From NCBI GenBank assembly GCA_951406725.2, contig OX597816.1, positions 87,916,001-87,980,000 of the forward strand: DNA of 64,000 nucleotides. Reading direction: 5' to 3'. This DNA is from Octopus vulgaris. Its lineage: Eukaryota. The notes under the pieces were generated by a model that worked only from the letters and a program-made list of their open reading frames with translations, was not told the DNA's origin and ran no database searches. Positions 1 to 11,840 of this stretch are shown here, piece after piece (positions within the stretch are counted from its first letter, which is position 1; each line of letters begins with the position of its first letter). The translations under genes and the position numbers were made by a program.

Positions 1-94
1 GTATACTTTTATATGCACTTCTACACATTTATATTGTACAGAAAATACGTGTGTGTGTGTGTGTGTGTGTGTTTACTGGATGTTTTAGCATTTC

Positions 95-495
95 GCTTGG
101 TTGTGTGGTAAGAAGTTTCCTTCGCAACCACATGGTTCAGGGTTCAGTCTCACCGCTCGGTACTTTAGACAAGTGTCTTCAGCTATGTCCTAAGTCAACC
201 AAAGCATTGTGAGTGGATTTAGTAGTTGGAAACTGGAAGAAGCCCGGCACACATGTGTGTATGTGTGTACGTGTGCGCGTGTGTGTATGTGTGTGCGTCA
301 TTGTGTTTGTTTCATTCAGAGATCAACAATCAGTTTTGGTTTCTTTACGTCCCTATAACTTAGCGGTTCGGCAAGATTGAGTAAATACCAGACTTAAAAA
401 TATAAATGCTAGGGTCAATTTGTTCACCCTTCAAAGCGTTGCCCCATCATGGCTACAATCCAGTAACTAAAACAAGCAAAAGATGAAAGAAAAGA
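95..495 (+). mobile_element. SINE family B copy, diverged
   Basis: TGTGTGGTAAGAAGTTTCCTTCGCAACCACATGGTTCAGGGTTCAGTC head, internal (TG)n, 3' part TAACTTAGCGGTTCGGCAAG; aligns with the copies at 45850 and 11472. Confidence 0.8.
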
Positions 496-684
496 TAAAA
501 GATAGTTACCATCCCCAACCAAAGGCCATTGGTGGGTCATAGGCAATAATAGGGACGAATCCCTGGAGCAAAACAAATCTAACAACGAAAAACAAAAAAG
601 TTTGAATTCGGTTTGTTGTTGTTTTATTTTTTTTGGTGCTAGTTTTATTCCTAATATACTTGTCTCAATTTTCTTTCTATCATC

Positions 685-1250
685 AGGCGGTGAGTTGGCA
701 GAAACGTTAGCACGTCGGGCGAAAAGCTTATCCGTATTTCGTCTGCCGTTAAGTTCTGAGTTCAAATTCCGCCGAGGTCGACTTTGCTTTTCATCCTTTC
801 GGGGTCGATTAAATAAGTACCAGTTACGCACTGGAGTCGATATAATCGACTTAATCCGTTTGTCTCTTCTTGTTTGTCCCCTCTGTGTTTAGCCCCTTGT
901 GGGTAGTAAAGAAATAGGCATTTCGTCTGCCGTTAGGTTGTGAGTTCAAATTCCGCCGAGGTCAACATTGCCTTTCATCCTTTCGGGGTCGATTAAATAA
1001 GTACCAGTTACGCACTGGAGTCGATGTAATCGACTTAATCCCTTTGTTTGTCCCTTCTGTGTTTAGCCCCTTGTGGGTAGTAAAGAAATAGAAATTTCAT
1101 GTGTATTTACGTTCTGAGTTCGAATTCCACCGCGGTATACTTTGCTTTTCATCCTTTCGGAGTCGATAAATTAAGTACCAGTTGCGTACTTGGGTCGGTC
1201 CAATCGACTGGTTTCCTCCACCAAAATTTCGGGCCTTGAGTAGAAAAGAA
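685..1250 (+). mobile_element. SINE family A trimer: full unit 685-916, headless units 917-1090 and 1091-1250
   Basis: tRNA-like head GGCGGTGAGTTGGCAGAAACGTTAGC with box-B-like GAGTTCAAATTCC; body GCCTTTCATCCTTTCGGGGTCGAT...AAGTACCAG (Nin/Deu-type domain) occurs three times; first two units end in tail 1, third in tail 2. Confidence 0.9.
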
Positions 1251-1359
1251 TTTTTTTCTATTACACTAATGCAGACCAAGGTACATTTTCCAGTATTCAG
1301 ATTCCAGTGGGGTGGGGTTCACAATCATCATCGTCGTCGTCGTCGTCGTCGTTGTTATC

Positions 1360-1510
1360 GCGGTGGATTGGCAGAATCGTTAGCACACCGGACATAATTC
1401 TTAGCGGCATTTCGCCTGCTTTTACGCTCTGAGTTCGAATTCTGCCGAGGTCGACTTTGCCTTTCATCCTTTCGGGGTCGATAAATTAAGTACCAGTGAA
1501 ACATAGAGGT
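1360..1510 (+). mobile_element. SINE family A, 3'-truncated
   Basis: GCGGTGGATTGGCAGAATCGTTAGC...GAGTTCGAATTCTGCCGAGGTCGACTTTGCCTTTCATCC. Confidence 0.85.
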
Positions 1511-3337
1511 CTATCGTTATGATATTGTTGCATCCAACACTCGCCATGCTACTCCTTTCCTTCACTAGCAGAGTAATATACTTATTTTGTTTGTTCTCTT
1601 CATGGTAAATTAATCTTTTAATAGAGAATGTAAGGTAAAGATGAAAATTAAAAATCAGTTAAGATTAAGAAATCTCTACTGTATGCACGTAAACATCTTT
1701 CGATATGCTTATCTTTGTTACTACTGCCTCATAGACAACTGGACGATTAATTCAAACTCAGAGACTGTATCGGCCACATAACGAACTTCTTTTTGCCTTT
1801 GGTGATTTGTAAAAACAATCTTATCACACATTGTATCAGACCGATTCTGCCTGAAAATGTTTGTATACACGTTTGTGGAGTTCACATTCAGCAAAACGTA
1901 GTTGATTACTTAGCAAGAACGATCGTTCCAAATTGATATGCTTAGTTGCATAGGCTCACACACAATTTTTCTTTGTGTGCATGTACTCCACTATCTATGA
2001 TTTTAGTGTACTGTTAGCATTGTTCTATGTCTAAAACTGTTATTACTTTTTAAGTGGTTTGGCTTGGCTAATTCCGATCTAATGCGAATTTTAGTATTGT
2101 CGGTAAGAACATAGTCGATGTATAATTTACTAGAATTGTTTGGGCTTTTGGTCTTCACTTTTTAACTGCTTCTAATTCTTTACAAATAAGCAGTTTCAAT
2201 AGTTCTTTTAGGAATTTGTTTTTATCCACTGAGATTGGATATATGTTATCAGGTACTACTACCTTTACAATATTATCTAGACTGTTTGCATTCATCTCGC
2301 TCCTAGGATCCAAAAGCATATTTTCAGTAACCTGCAATGATTGCTATTTGTCTCACCTGCTTTCAGTACCAATTTGCTAGTATTGTCACAGCTTGTAATA
2401 CATATTTACACTCTTTGTTAAACCCAAGACGAGCAATCATTACACTATACGATAAAACGTTCTCTGTGATCTTCACATACACTATAGTCATTTGAGATCT
2501 CTTTTTCTATAACATTATTCATGTAATCTTTGTTGGTCAGGTATTGATGTCGAGCAGTTATCAGGAGGCCTTTAATGTCAGCTTTTCAATTCATGCTTCA
2601 TATGAGTGGTATGAAATTGTCTGCTCTTTATAAGTCCCGCTTCTTCGACAATAATAGACTACTGGCCATGCAAGAGTTTTCCCCATCATCGGCTTAGCGC
2701 AATCTTTTCAATTGACTTATTTCACTTCGTTTTATTTTACCTTAATCTTATTAATTTTTCTCCAATTGATTCACTTACTTCTCATTCTTCCATTTGTGCT
2801 GAATATTTGATATATTTATTACCCACCACCACCACCCATCGAAAACAGAAAACAATTTCTTATGTTTCATGTTCTTTTAAGTATTTCTGTTAATCTATTG
2901 CCAGCATTTTCGTATAAAAGTTTAGAGTAAACCTGCGTATGTAAATCTTAAGTAGCGAACTTGTAATAACTGGACACCGCTTCCACCATGTTTTCCACGA
3001 TAAATGCAACTAATCAGTCTCTGGTGTTAGGAGGTAATATCGTCATTAATTCTCTTGTAAATTAGTCTCATTAACCCTTTCGACTCCCAATCCACTGCAT
3101 TAGCGCTATAGCATTACTCTTACTAATACGATAAATTCCTATTAATTTAGTCTTAGCATCTAATTAAGGTTAGAGAACTAACATAATGAATTTGTCGTTT
3201 GTTTTTGTTTGTATTTTCTCTTTGGTTCGACAATATGTTATTCTTAGTTATTCCTTCTCACTCTTAGGTATTTGCAGATTTGCTCTAGTTTGACTTTCTG
3301 ATTTCATTATTTTGATTTAACTAATCTAGCTACATGT

Positions 3338-3620
3338 GGAGGCGCAATGGCCCAGTGGTTAGGGCAGCGGACTCGAGGTCGGAGGATCGCGGTTTCGATT
3401 CTCAGACCGGGCGTTGTGTGTGTTTATTGAGGCCCCGGCAGGAGGTGGTGGCGACCCCTGTTGTACTCTTTCTCTCACTCTTTCTTCCTGTTTCTTGAGT
3501 AACGCTGCTATGGACTGGCGTCCCGTCAAGCTAGGGGGTACACATACGCCACAGAAAACGGGAAACCGGGCCTATGAGCCTGGCTAGGCTTGAAAAGGGC
3601 GCATAAATGAATAAAATAAA
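3338..3620 (+). mobile_element. SINE group C, head H1 plus tail T1 (tRNA-Arg-like head, similar to octopus OR-type SINEs)
   Basis: GGAGGCGCAATGGCCCAGTGGTTAGGGCAGCGGACTCG (box A), GGTTTCGATT (box B); tail ends GCCTGGCTAGGCTTGAAAAGGGCGCAT followed by an A-rich tract. Confidence 0.85.
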
Positions 3621-3629
3621 TCTAACTAC

Positions 3630-3950
3630 ATAGTGGTTTAGTGGTTATGGTAATTGGCTCAGGATCATAGGGTCAGGTGTTCGATACTCGGCGGCGCCTT
3701 GTGTCTTTGAGCGAGACACTTTTATTTCACGTTGCTCCACTCCACTCAGCTGGCAAAAATGAGTTGTACCTGTAATTCAAAGGGCCAGTCTTGTTACATT
3801 CTATGTAAGGCTGAATCTCTCTCAGAACTACGTTAGGGGCACACGTGTCTGTAGAGTGCTCAATTACTTGGACGTTAATTTTAACAGCAGACTGTTCCGT
3901 TGATCGAATCAACTGGAAAGTCATCGTCTCAACCGAAGGTGTGCCAGTTC
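3630..3950 (+). mobile_element. SINE group C, head H2 plus tail T2
   Basis: Degenerate tRNA head, body CACGTTGCTCCACTCCACTCAGCTGGCAAAAATGAGT, tail AAAGGGCCAG...CTGTTCCGTTGATCGAATCAACTGG shared with the 14062 copy. Confidence 0.8.
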
Positions 3951-4310
3951 TTCATATTTTCTACAGCTGTTTTCAAACAAATCTCCGCACATACAACTTG
4001 TACTATTTGTAATTGGAATACAGACGATTGTCACAGTAATAAACAAGTTTATTCCGACCCAGTGAGGGATCACTATATAATCGATATCTGCTAGAAATAG
4101 CAGTGAAATCTTTCCAAAATCCCATTCTAATTTCTTATAAAGGATGAAAATATTGTATGACGTAATCCAAGATAAGCAATAGTGGTAGTGAAGTGTCAGA
4201 ATAAATTCTTAGCAGAAACATTTTCGCTTGTCTAAGTCCAAGATATTATATATATGTATAGTAATGCTATAGCGCTAATGCAGTGGATTGAGAGATATAA
4301 GTCCAAGATA

Positions 4311-4541
4311 AGGCGGTGAGCTGGCAGAAACGTTAGTGCGCCGGGCGAAATCCTTAGCGGTATTTCGTCTGTTTTTACGTTCTGAGTTCAAATTCCGCCG
4401 AGGTCGACTTTGCCTTTCATTCTTTCGGGGTCGATAAATTAAGTACCAGTTACGCACTGGGGTCGATATAATCGACTTAATCCATTTGTCTGTCCTTGTT
4501 TGCCCCTCTGTGTTTAGCCCCTTGTGGGTAGTAAAAAAAAT
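4311..4541 (+). mobile_element. SINE family A full-length monomer (tail 1) with 18-bp target-site duplication
   Basis: AGATATAAGTCCAAGATA at 4293-4310 and 4542-4559 flanks the element. Confidence 0.93.
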
Positions 4542-4554
4542 AGATATAAGTCCA

Positions 4555-4590
<36 letters not shown>

Positions 4591-4593
4591 ACC

Positions 4594-4648
<55 letters not shown>

Positions 4649-4649
<1 letters not shown>

Positions 4650-5806
4650 AACGCCTTCAAATTTCAAACAAATTTAATTTAATATGGGGTAGGACCGCCT
4701 TTGGCAATAATTATATCTTAAATTCTACGAGCTATGGACTCGTACAAAGTTTGAATTGTTTCCAAAGGAATTTTTGTCCATTCTTCAGCTAAAACAGTCT
4801 GTAGTTCTTGTAGTAATGATGGTAGAAGATATCGACTCCTTACTTGTTTTTCTAAGATCCACCATAAATGTTCAATAATATTGAGATATGGGACTGGGGT
4901 GGCCAGATAGGATGTTCAACTGCACTAGAATATTCTTCGTGCCACTCAGTAACAACGTTAGCTGAGTGAATTGGTGCATTATCATCCTGAAAGATTGCGT
5001 TTTACCCCGGAAACAGTTCTGCAACCATAGGATGAATTTGATTAGATAAAATGCTATTAATTCTGCCATGAAGGAAAACCATTGGGCTGGCGGATTTCCA
5101 AGATATAGCTCCCCCCCCCCCCACAGATCATCACAGATCATCCTACATGTTTAACAGTTGGAATAAGGTAGTCTGGGCCAAATACTTCTTTTGGCTGTCT
5201 CCACATGTATACTCGGCCGGTGGTCAGAAATAAGGTAAAGGATGACTCATCCGAGAAAATAACATTCTTTCACTACTCTAGAGACCAATTCTGTAGGTTT
5301 TTACTCCACTCTAAACGCTTTGCAACGTTTGTTTTTGAAAATAGTGGTTTTCTGATTGCAGCCCTCCCGTGAAATCCTGTTTTGTGAGCTGTACTTTTGT
5401 GATCCTTTCTAAAAATTCGCGTAAGAGTCCAATGGCCCCTATCTGAAAGTTTTGGTTTTCTTCCAGAGTTTTGTTTCGACGAGGAGGTTTATCCCTCTTT
5501 CTCAAAGCTGCCATTACTTCCGAGACAGTACTTATTGATAAACCAAATATTTCGGCTGTTTTCGTTACGCTAGCGCCTGCCATACGAGCATCAACAATTT
5601 GACCTCTTTGAAAGTCCGATAGTCTGTCATTTTAATGAATTTCAATTAATTTTCTCTAAAAACAGCAATTTTAGCCAAACATATTAAGCGACACTAATAA
5701 TAAATCAAAAGTCATAAAAAATACAAGCTCTTGAAGGTTTTATAGATATTTCAAAATTATGATGCTATGATGCTAGGTGTTTCCATTATTTTTTCCAACA
5801 CCTGTA
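4649..5806 (-). mobile_element. Decayed Tc1-like DNA transposon; transposase pseudogene about 4679-5630
   Basis: Minus-strand fragments MAGASVTKTAE (HTH), IFSDESSF, QDDNAP, WPPQS..LNIIEHLW, KGGPTPY*; TIR CAGGTGTTGGAAAAAATAATGGAAACACCT plus TA at 5775-5806; frameshifts and stops. Confidence 0.9.
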
Positions 5807-6029
5807 TACATACATTCACACACACATACATACATACATACATACATACATACATACATACATACATACATACATACATACATACATACATACATACATA
5901 CACACACACATACACACACACATATATGTATGTATGAATAAAGTAAAAGCATCAAAGAATATGTCTGTGTGCGTGCGTATATGTATGTGATGTGTGCGTA
6001 TGTGTGTGCGTGCGTGCGTATGTGTTCGT

Positions 6030-6195
6030 ATGTGTGTGTGTGTCTGTGTGTGTACCCCCGCCTCACTTCCCAACCGGTGTTGGTGTGTATGGTAACCTTG
6101 TGGTTCGGCAACAGAGACCGAAAGAAATAAGAATCAGGCTTAAAGAAATAAGAGCTGGCTGCAGTCTAAGTGACTGAAACAAGAAAAGGATAAAA
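6030..6195 (+). mobile_element. SINE family B 3' half
   Basis: AACCGGTGTTGGTGTGT...GGTTCGGCAACAGAGACCG...TGACTGAAACAAG. Confidence 0.75.
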
Positions 6196-6219
6196 TATAT
6201 AAAACAACATTCCTCTTGA

Positions 6220-7425
6220 ATTTCTCAGGCCCCTTTTCTGTTTGTTAAGAGAACATGTTGTCTACATTTTCGTGTGGTACAGAACTTATTTGCAAACATA
6301 TTTGTTAAAAGTTCCCTAAATAGTGGCAAGCAAGTTGTCGACCTGTAGTTTGAGTCCACAGTATTTTTCTGCTCGCCTTTCATAATAAGGTTTGTCTCAT
6401 CCTTTGTCATCCAATCTGAGAGTCTTCTAAGTCGAGGATAACCATTTATTATTTTAGCCATTCCTTGCTAAATCTACCCATATTTGCTAAATTATTTGCT
6501 TGAACGTATTAAACGTTCATGTAGACCATGTGACCTGATTGTCTCCCGCTTAGATACTTTGATGTCTTCTTTTGTAATGACCTCCGGAAATATTATTACT
6601 ATGCCAACCTGTTCAAATTTTTTTTGCTTTTGTTATTTACTTCTTTTACACTCTGCCGCCTCATTGTGGCTATCTTTCTTATTTCATATATCACTACAAA
6701 GCTTTTTACTCTTCTCTGCGTTTAGCACTTCGTTATTATGTCTTTCTCTCCAGATTTCCAAACAATCTTTTCTGATTATTTCGAAACAACTTCTTTTACC
6801 AGAAGCCAGTCTATTCTATTTTCATATAGGTTTATGTTGGTTGTTTTACTGACATTCTGTTTCACTTCTATTACAACATTTATTCCTCACTTTTCCCTCT
6901 TTACATTATATTTTCTTTCTAGTGTTTTAATTACTCTTTCTTTCTTTAACGATTCTTCTTTAAGTAGATGTAGTCGACTCACCTGCAGCTTCAAGCTATT
7001 GATATTGTCTTCAGACAGTCTTTTCTAACATGGTATTTGTCCGTTTTCAGTTTACCTGCCGTGTAGCCATCTTTTACTATTACTCCTGTTACAAGCCTTG
7101 TATAGATTATATACCTCCAGGAGAGAAGTGGCACATACTTTATAATATTGTCAATTTCTTTAGTTTTGTTTATCACCTTTCTACAAAACCTACGAGGTTA
7201 GTAGGCCTTTCTCTATTATTTTGTTCAAGTTACTTTAATATCTTATCTATCAATTCAATCTTCTTGTCACTCCGACCGTCATCCAACATTTTTCAGTTTT
7301 ATTTCCTCTCTCTGCAATTCACTAGTTTCGTCACTGTGATTAACACTTTCTCAGCTTTTGCATATTCTTCACTTACGTTACCTTTTAAATTCCTCTTAAG
7401 TTTAAGTTCGGTAAGTGGCCATTAA
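6220..7425 (-). pseudogene. Heavily decayed N-terminal and early-RT part of an R4/Dong-like non-LTR ORF
   Basis: DWMTKDETNLIMKG...NYRSTTCLPLFRELLT matches the RT domain 1-2 motif W...GRT.LI.K...NYRPITCL; upstream is K/E-rich coding-like sequence. Confidence 0.7.
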
Positions 7426-7479
7426 TTCTTAATAAATCGATGTTATCGGTTTTACGTAATATATACAATGCCTAAGAGG

Positions 7480-7665
7480 GCTATTTTCTGTTATATTTTG
7501 CATATCTATAAATTATGGATATTTTTTAGTTATGTATTTGCATGTTTTTGTTATCATTTTCATAGTACCTATGATTATTGGAATTGTTGCTGTTTTTTGA
7601 CCCCACATTTGGTTATCTCTATGTCCAGATCTTTATATTTAGATACGATCTCCATTTCTTTTGAA
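7480..7665 (-). pseudogene. Short restriction-like endonuclease (RLE) C-terminal fragment of a Dong-like element
   Basis: Minus strand reads KEMEIVSKYKDLDIEITK, homologous to 8400-8490. Confidence 0.65.
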
Positions 7666-7689
7666 AGGCATCCTCCTCCTCTTCCCTCA

Positions 7690-7775
7690 CCTCCTCCTCC
7701 TCCTCCCTCATATCCTAATCCCTCCGCTCCTCCTCCTCCTCCCTCATATCCTAATCCCTCCGCTCCTCCTCCTCC
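7690..7775. repeat. 36-bp tandem duplication within (CCT)n
   Basis: CCTCCTCCTCCTCCCTCATATCCTAATCCCTCCGCT occurs twice. Confidence 0.85.
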
Positions 7776-7799
7776 TCATCATCATCATTGTTACAGAAG

Positions 7800-8018
7800 G
7801 CAGGGAGCTAGTAGAATCGTTAGCTTGGCGGGTAAAATACTCAGAGGTATTTCGTCTGTCTTTACGTTCTCAGTTCAAATTCCGCCGAAGTTGACTTTGC
7901 CTCTCATCCTTTCGGGTGAAATAAGCCGATAAAATGAGTACAAGTCAAGTACTGGGGTAGAATTACTCGACTCTCCACTTCCCCATAAATTCCAGGCCTT
8001 CTTCCTATAGTAGAAAGG

Positions 8019-8020
<2 letters not shown>
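7800..8020 (+). mobile_element. SINE family A (tail 2) followed by (TTA)n
   Basis: Family A head and body; ends CCTATAGTAGAAAGGATTATTATT. Confidence 0.85.
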
Positions 8021-8075
<55 letters not shown>

Positions 8076-8094
8076 GTTATTGTTATTATTATTA

Positions 8095-8156
<62 letters not shown>
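8021..8156. repeat. (TTA)n microsatellite
   Basis: Direct reading. Confidence 0.98.
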
Positions 8157-8159
<3 letters not shown>

Positions 8160-8775
8160 TAGTTTTATTTTTATAGCGTGCTTTCACTTCACTACCGAGC
8201 GCAGCTCTGTGTGCCTTGGGTATGTGCTGTGATTTGTTGTGATGCTCTGATGGTTACTGTATTGAAAGTGTTTTGCGTATGATGTGGGCAGTGCCCAGTA
8301 GTGCGATTTTCTGTATGTTATATGTGTTTGTAAGTCCTGGTGTTTTTGTTATGTATTTGTCTGAATATTTTTTTATCATGTCTAATGCACCTACTATGAT
8401 AGGGATTGTTTCTGTTTTTAGATTCCACATTCGAGTTACCTCTATTTCCAGGTCTTTGTATTTTGAAAGTTTCTCCATTTCTTTTGGAGAAACGTTGTCA
8501 TCTGCTGGTATTGATACATCAATTAGAAAGCATTTTTTTTTCCTGATCTCTGACAACTATATCTGGTCTGTTGGCTTTAACTTCTCTATCTGTGTGTATT
8601 GGCATATCCCAGAGTATGGTTGCCTTCTCGTTTTCTGTAACTTTTTCTGGTATGTGCCTATACCATCTTTTTTCTGTTGTTATTCCATAATGTTGGCATA
8701 GCTTCCAGTGTATGAAGGTCCTAACTCTGTCGTGTCTGTGAATATATTCCTTCTCTGCCAGGACTGGGCAGCCAG

Positions 8776-8776
<1 letters not shown>
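8157..8776 (-). mobile_element. 5'-truncated R4/Dong-like non-LTR retrotransposon (end of CCHC region, RLE and 3' UTR)
   Basis: SGCPVLAEKEYIHRHDRV...NRPDIV..CFLIDVSIP..KYKDLEIE..PIIVGAL (PD..D restriction-like endonuclease); frameshift in an A-run near 8535; (TAA)n on both sides. Confidence 0.92.
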
Positions 8777-8861
<85 letters not shown>

Positions 8862-8862
<1 letters not shown>

Positions 8863-9063
8863 GAGTGAGAGTACTGTGCATACAAAGTGACACTGGGGTA
8901 AAATATACGGAGCCCTGTATACTCATCATGACTACCCGTCTGATAAGAGTATACTAGGCATATGCATCACAACCATATGTGCATGACATGGTGATCTCAT
9001 ATCAAAATAAACAGCGCATGACCTTGCAGGTGGGGCCCAGTTAGAATTTTCTTCTGGTCGAGT
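8862..9063 (-). mobile_element. Non-coding 3'-end fragment of a TAA-associated retroelement
   Basis: About 200 bp of unique sequence bounded by (TTA)n; its end is the reverse complement of 22855-22885 (TACTCGACC..AAGAAAATTCTAA.TGGGCCC). Confidence 0.6.
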
Positions 9064-9064
9064 A

Positions 9065-9161
<97 letters not shown>

Positions 9162-9163
<2 letters not shown>

Positions 9164-10547
9164 GTTTGACTTTTGCCTTATGTCTGTATAAGTTGGCTCC
9201 AAGTCTCACCCAGAGACCTCAAGAGACAACAGTTTGGAAGTTCTGTGCCATATATTTTGGGCTTTTTTTTGTTTTTTTCTGGTGTTGTACTAGTGAATGT
9301 CTAATACATAAAAATAAAATTAAAAAAAAAAATTAAAAAAAGTTTGTTTTAAACCTTGGGATTACATAGAGAGTATTTTGCGTAGGATATGAGCAGTTCC
9401 CATGAGCACTATCTTTTGAATTTCTGCCATTTTGGGGTTTCCTGGTATCTGAGTTAGGTAGCAATCAGTCCCTTTCGCTATCATTCCCAGGGCACCTATG
9501 ACAACAGGTATTGTTTTAGTCTTCAGCTTCCACATTTTGCTGATTTCTATTTCAAGGTCTTTATATTTGCTCAGTTTTTGGTAGGTCTTGACAGATACGT
9601 TTATATCGATTGGGACAGTCATATCAATGAGGAGGCATGTTCTTTGTCTGAAGTCTTTCAATATGATGTCTGGCCTATTTGCATCTATCTTCCTGTCAGT
9701 TTGAATGGTGAAGTTCCAGAGGAGTGAGATGTGGTCATTTTCAAGCACTGGAGGTGGATTGTGTTCCCACCAGTTTTTTCATAGGGCAAATCCAGGTTTT
9801 TGCAAATTACCCAGTGAATATATTGTGCAGCTCTATCATGCCTGTTGAGATACTCTGTAGGCGCTAGAAGACTGCATTTGGAGACAACATGATCAATGGT
9901 TTCATTTTGTTGTCGGCATACACGACATGTTGGGCTACTGCCGTTCTTTAATATGTTGGCCTGGTAGTTTCTTGTTGGTAGGCATTGATCTTGAGCTGCT
10001 ATGATAAACCCCTCGGTTTCAGATTTTAAGCCAGAGGCCATTAGCCATTGATGGGTCAGGGCTTTGTCAATATCTGCATTATTCGCTCTCTTTGGGTATT
10101 TGCCATAAAGAGGTTTTTCTTGCCATTTATTATTCAGAATATCTAAGGCCGCAGTTTTAGCGCGGGTTTTCATGCGCTTAGCTTTTTCTGTGCTTGTTTC
10201 TTGTATGCCTATCTCTAATTCCGAAATTGGTTGTATTCGGAATTCACTTAGATATTCCTTTGCCTGTTTTGTGACTGAGTATGATGCTTTCTTGTTTTCA
10301 TGTTTTGAGACAAGTTTTAACATCCAGTCCCCAGAGCTTTTCAGGTAGGTGTCCAGGCCAATTGTAGCAATCTTCATTGTTATTGCCAGTTGCAAAAGAC
10401 CACGGCCTCCCTCTTTTCTTGGCAGATAGAGTCGTTCTGTATCTGCCTTAGGGTGGTGCATTCTATGCATTGTCAACAGTTTCCTTATTTTTCTGTCGAG
10501 CTGACATATTTCAGTAATTGACCAGTTAACAATATTGAAACTGTAAG

Positions 10548-10550
<3 letters not shown>
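9162..10550 (-). mobile_element. Young 5'-truncated R4/Dong-like retrotransposon (RT C-terminus, CCHC finger, RLE); coding about 9362-10550
   Basis: RLYLPRKEGGRGL, ETEGFIIAAQDQ, CRVC..ETIDHVVSKC (CCHC), RHD, LWNF..RPDI..LIDMTVP..KYKDL; one 1-bp deletion in the A-run at 9774-9779; (TAA)n on both sides. Confidence 0.95.
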
Positions 10551-10623
<73 letters not shown>

Positions 10624-10664
10624 CATTATTATTATCATTATCATTATTATTATTTTCATTATCA

Positions 10665-10775
10665 TCTTAAAATTCTGTTTCCATTTCTTGCTGAGTGTAT
10701 TCCTGACATCTATGGCAGAGAAACGCACTGTATAAATTGGTAGGCTATTAAAATGAACACACCAGATTGTTCATT
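10665..10775 (-). mobile_element. Short 3'-UTR fragment of another TAA-tailed retroelement
   Basis: TTCCATTTCTTGCTGAGTGTATTCCTGAC is the reverse complement of the + copy at 22070-22125 (GTCGGGAAGACACTCGGCAAGAAATGGAA). Confidence 0.55.
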
Positions 10776-10859
10776 TACCAAGCCATGTGATAGAGAAAAA
10801 AGGGGAAGAAAAGTAAAAAGAAAAAGAAAAAACATAACTTTAGCTCTTCTTGCTTCATA

Positions 10860-11385
10860 TGGAGCATCGGATAACATACAAATATCTACCCAGTACAGTC
10901 GCAAGCTCTTTCATGAGCATGCTCCCAAGTCAAACCAGTTCCATATCTGCCAGACCTATATATCTCCATCGACAATTCTCAACCAAATTTTGACTGTTCT
11001 GTTTCCTGGCTGAGGTTACTTGTATTAGCCACTTACTTTGGATCTGTTCACGTGCATGCTTAATGGCAGTTCTTGTGAAGTTCTTGTCACTGAAAGATTT
11101 GGATTGTCAATAGAGAATCTCCTTAAAGTTCTAGTCCTTCACCATCATAGAAAAACTATCAATGAAGCCGTCTCCTTGCTTTCTTGTTAATGAATGGTTG
11201 AATATACTCGTCATTTTCGTAGTAATTTGAATATTGAAGGCAAGGTTGCTAGCCTTGTGCTTCATCCATCTTTCTTTCTCATCACAAGCCTGAGAAGGAT
11301 TATACCGAATCCTAACAGGTTCATTAAAGAGGGAAAAAATACTGGGAAAACCAGGAATTAAAAATAATTTTAGTAAAACAAACAA
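10860..11385 (-). pseudogene. Possible decayed gag-like LINE ORF1 relic
   Basis: Coding-like composition; TTCACAAGAACTGCC (FTRTA) motif shared with 30655-30675; many stops. Confidence 0.35.
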
Positions 11386-11471
11386 AATAATAAATGGACA
11401 AACATAAAATGAAATGAAAAACTGACTGAATCGTTACAGATTTAGCTTCACTCAACAGCCTCTATTATATT

Positions 11472-11840
11472 TTTTACTTGTTTCAGTCATTTGACTGCGG
11501 CCATGCTGGAGCACCGCCTTTAATCGAGCAACTCGACCCCAGGACTTATTCTTTGTAAGCCCAGTACTTATTCTATCGGACTCTTTTGCCGAACCGCTCA
11601 GTTACGGGGACATGAACACACCAGCATCGGTTGTCGAGCGATGTTGGGAGGACAAACACAGACACACAAACACACATATACATATATACGACGGGCTTCT
11701 TTCAGTTTCCGTCTACCAAATCCACTCACAAGGCTTTGGTCGGCCCGAGGCTATAGTAGAAGACACTTGCCCAAGGTGCCACGCAGTGGGACTGAACCCG
11801 GAACCATGTGGTTGGTAAGCAAGCTACTTACCACACAGCC
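11472..11840 (-). mobile_element. SINE family B, near full-length
   Basis: Reverse complement of GGCTGTGTGGTAAGTAGCTTGCTTACCAACCACATGGTTCCGGGTTCAGTCCC...GGCGGTGCTCCAGCATGGCCGCAGTCAAATGACTGAAACAAGTAAA. Confidence 0.92.

Noticed and set aside
424-892. Recurrent short ORFs such as RNWYLIYRPRKDERQSRPRRNLNSE
   Set aside because: Translations of SINE A on either strand, not a gene family
2155-2360. 60-aa minus-strand ORF with adjacent donor- and acceptor-like motifs
   Set aside because: Implied intron is only about 25 nt and the peptide is unrecognisable; probably old repeat debris
3338-3415. tRNA-Arg-like sequence (also at 14062)
   Set aside because: Continues into a SINE body and lacks a complete acceptor stem; a SINE head, not a tRNA gene
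10551-10728. N-terminus of the 347-aa ORF 9685-10728
   Set aside because: The poly-Ile part is the (TAA)n target array; the retrotransposon is truncated at about 10550, so this is not a real start
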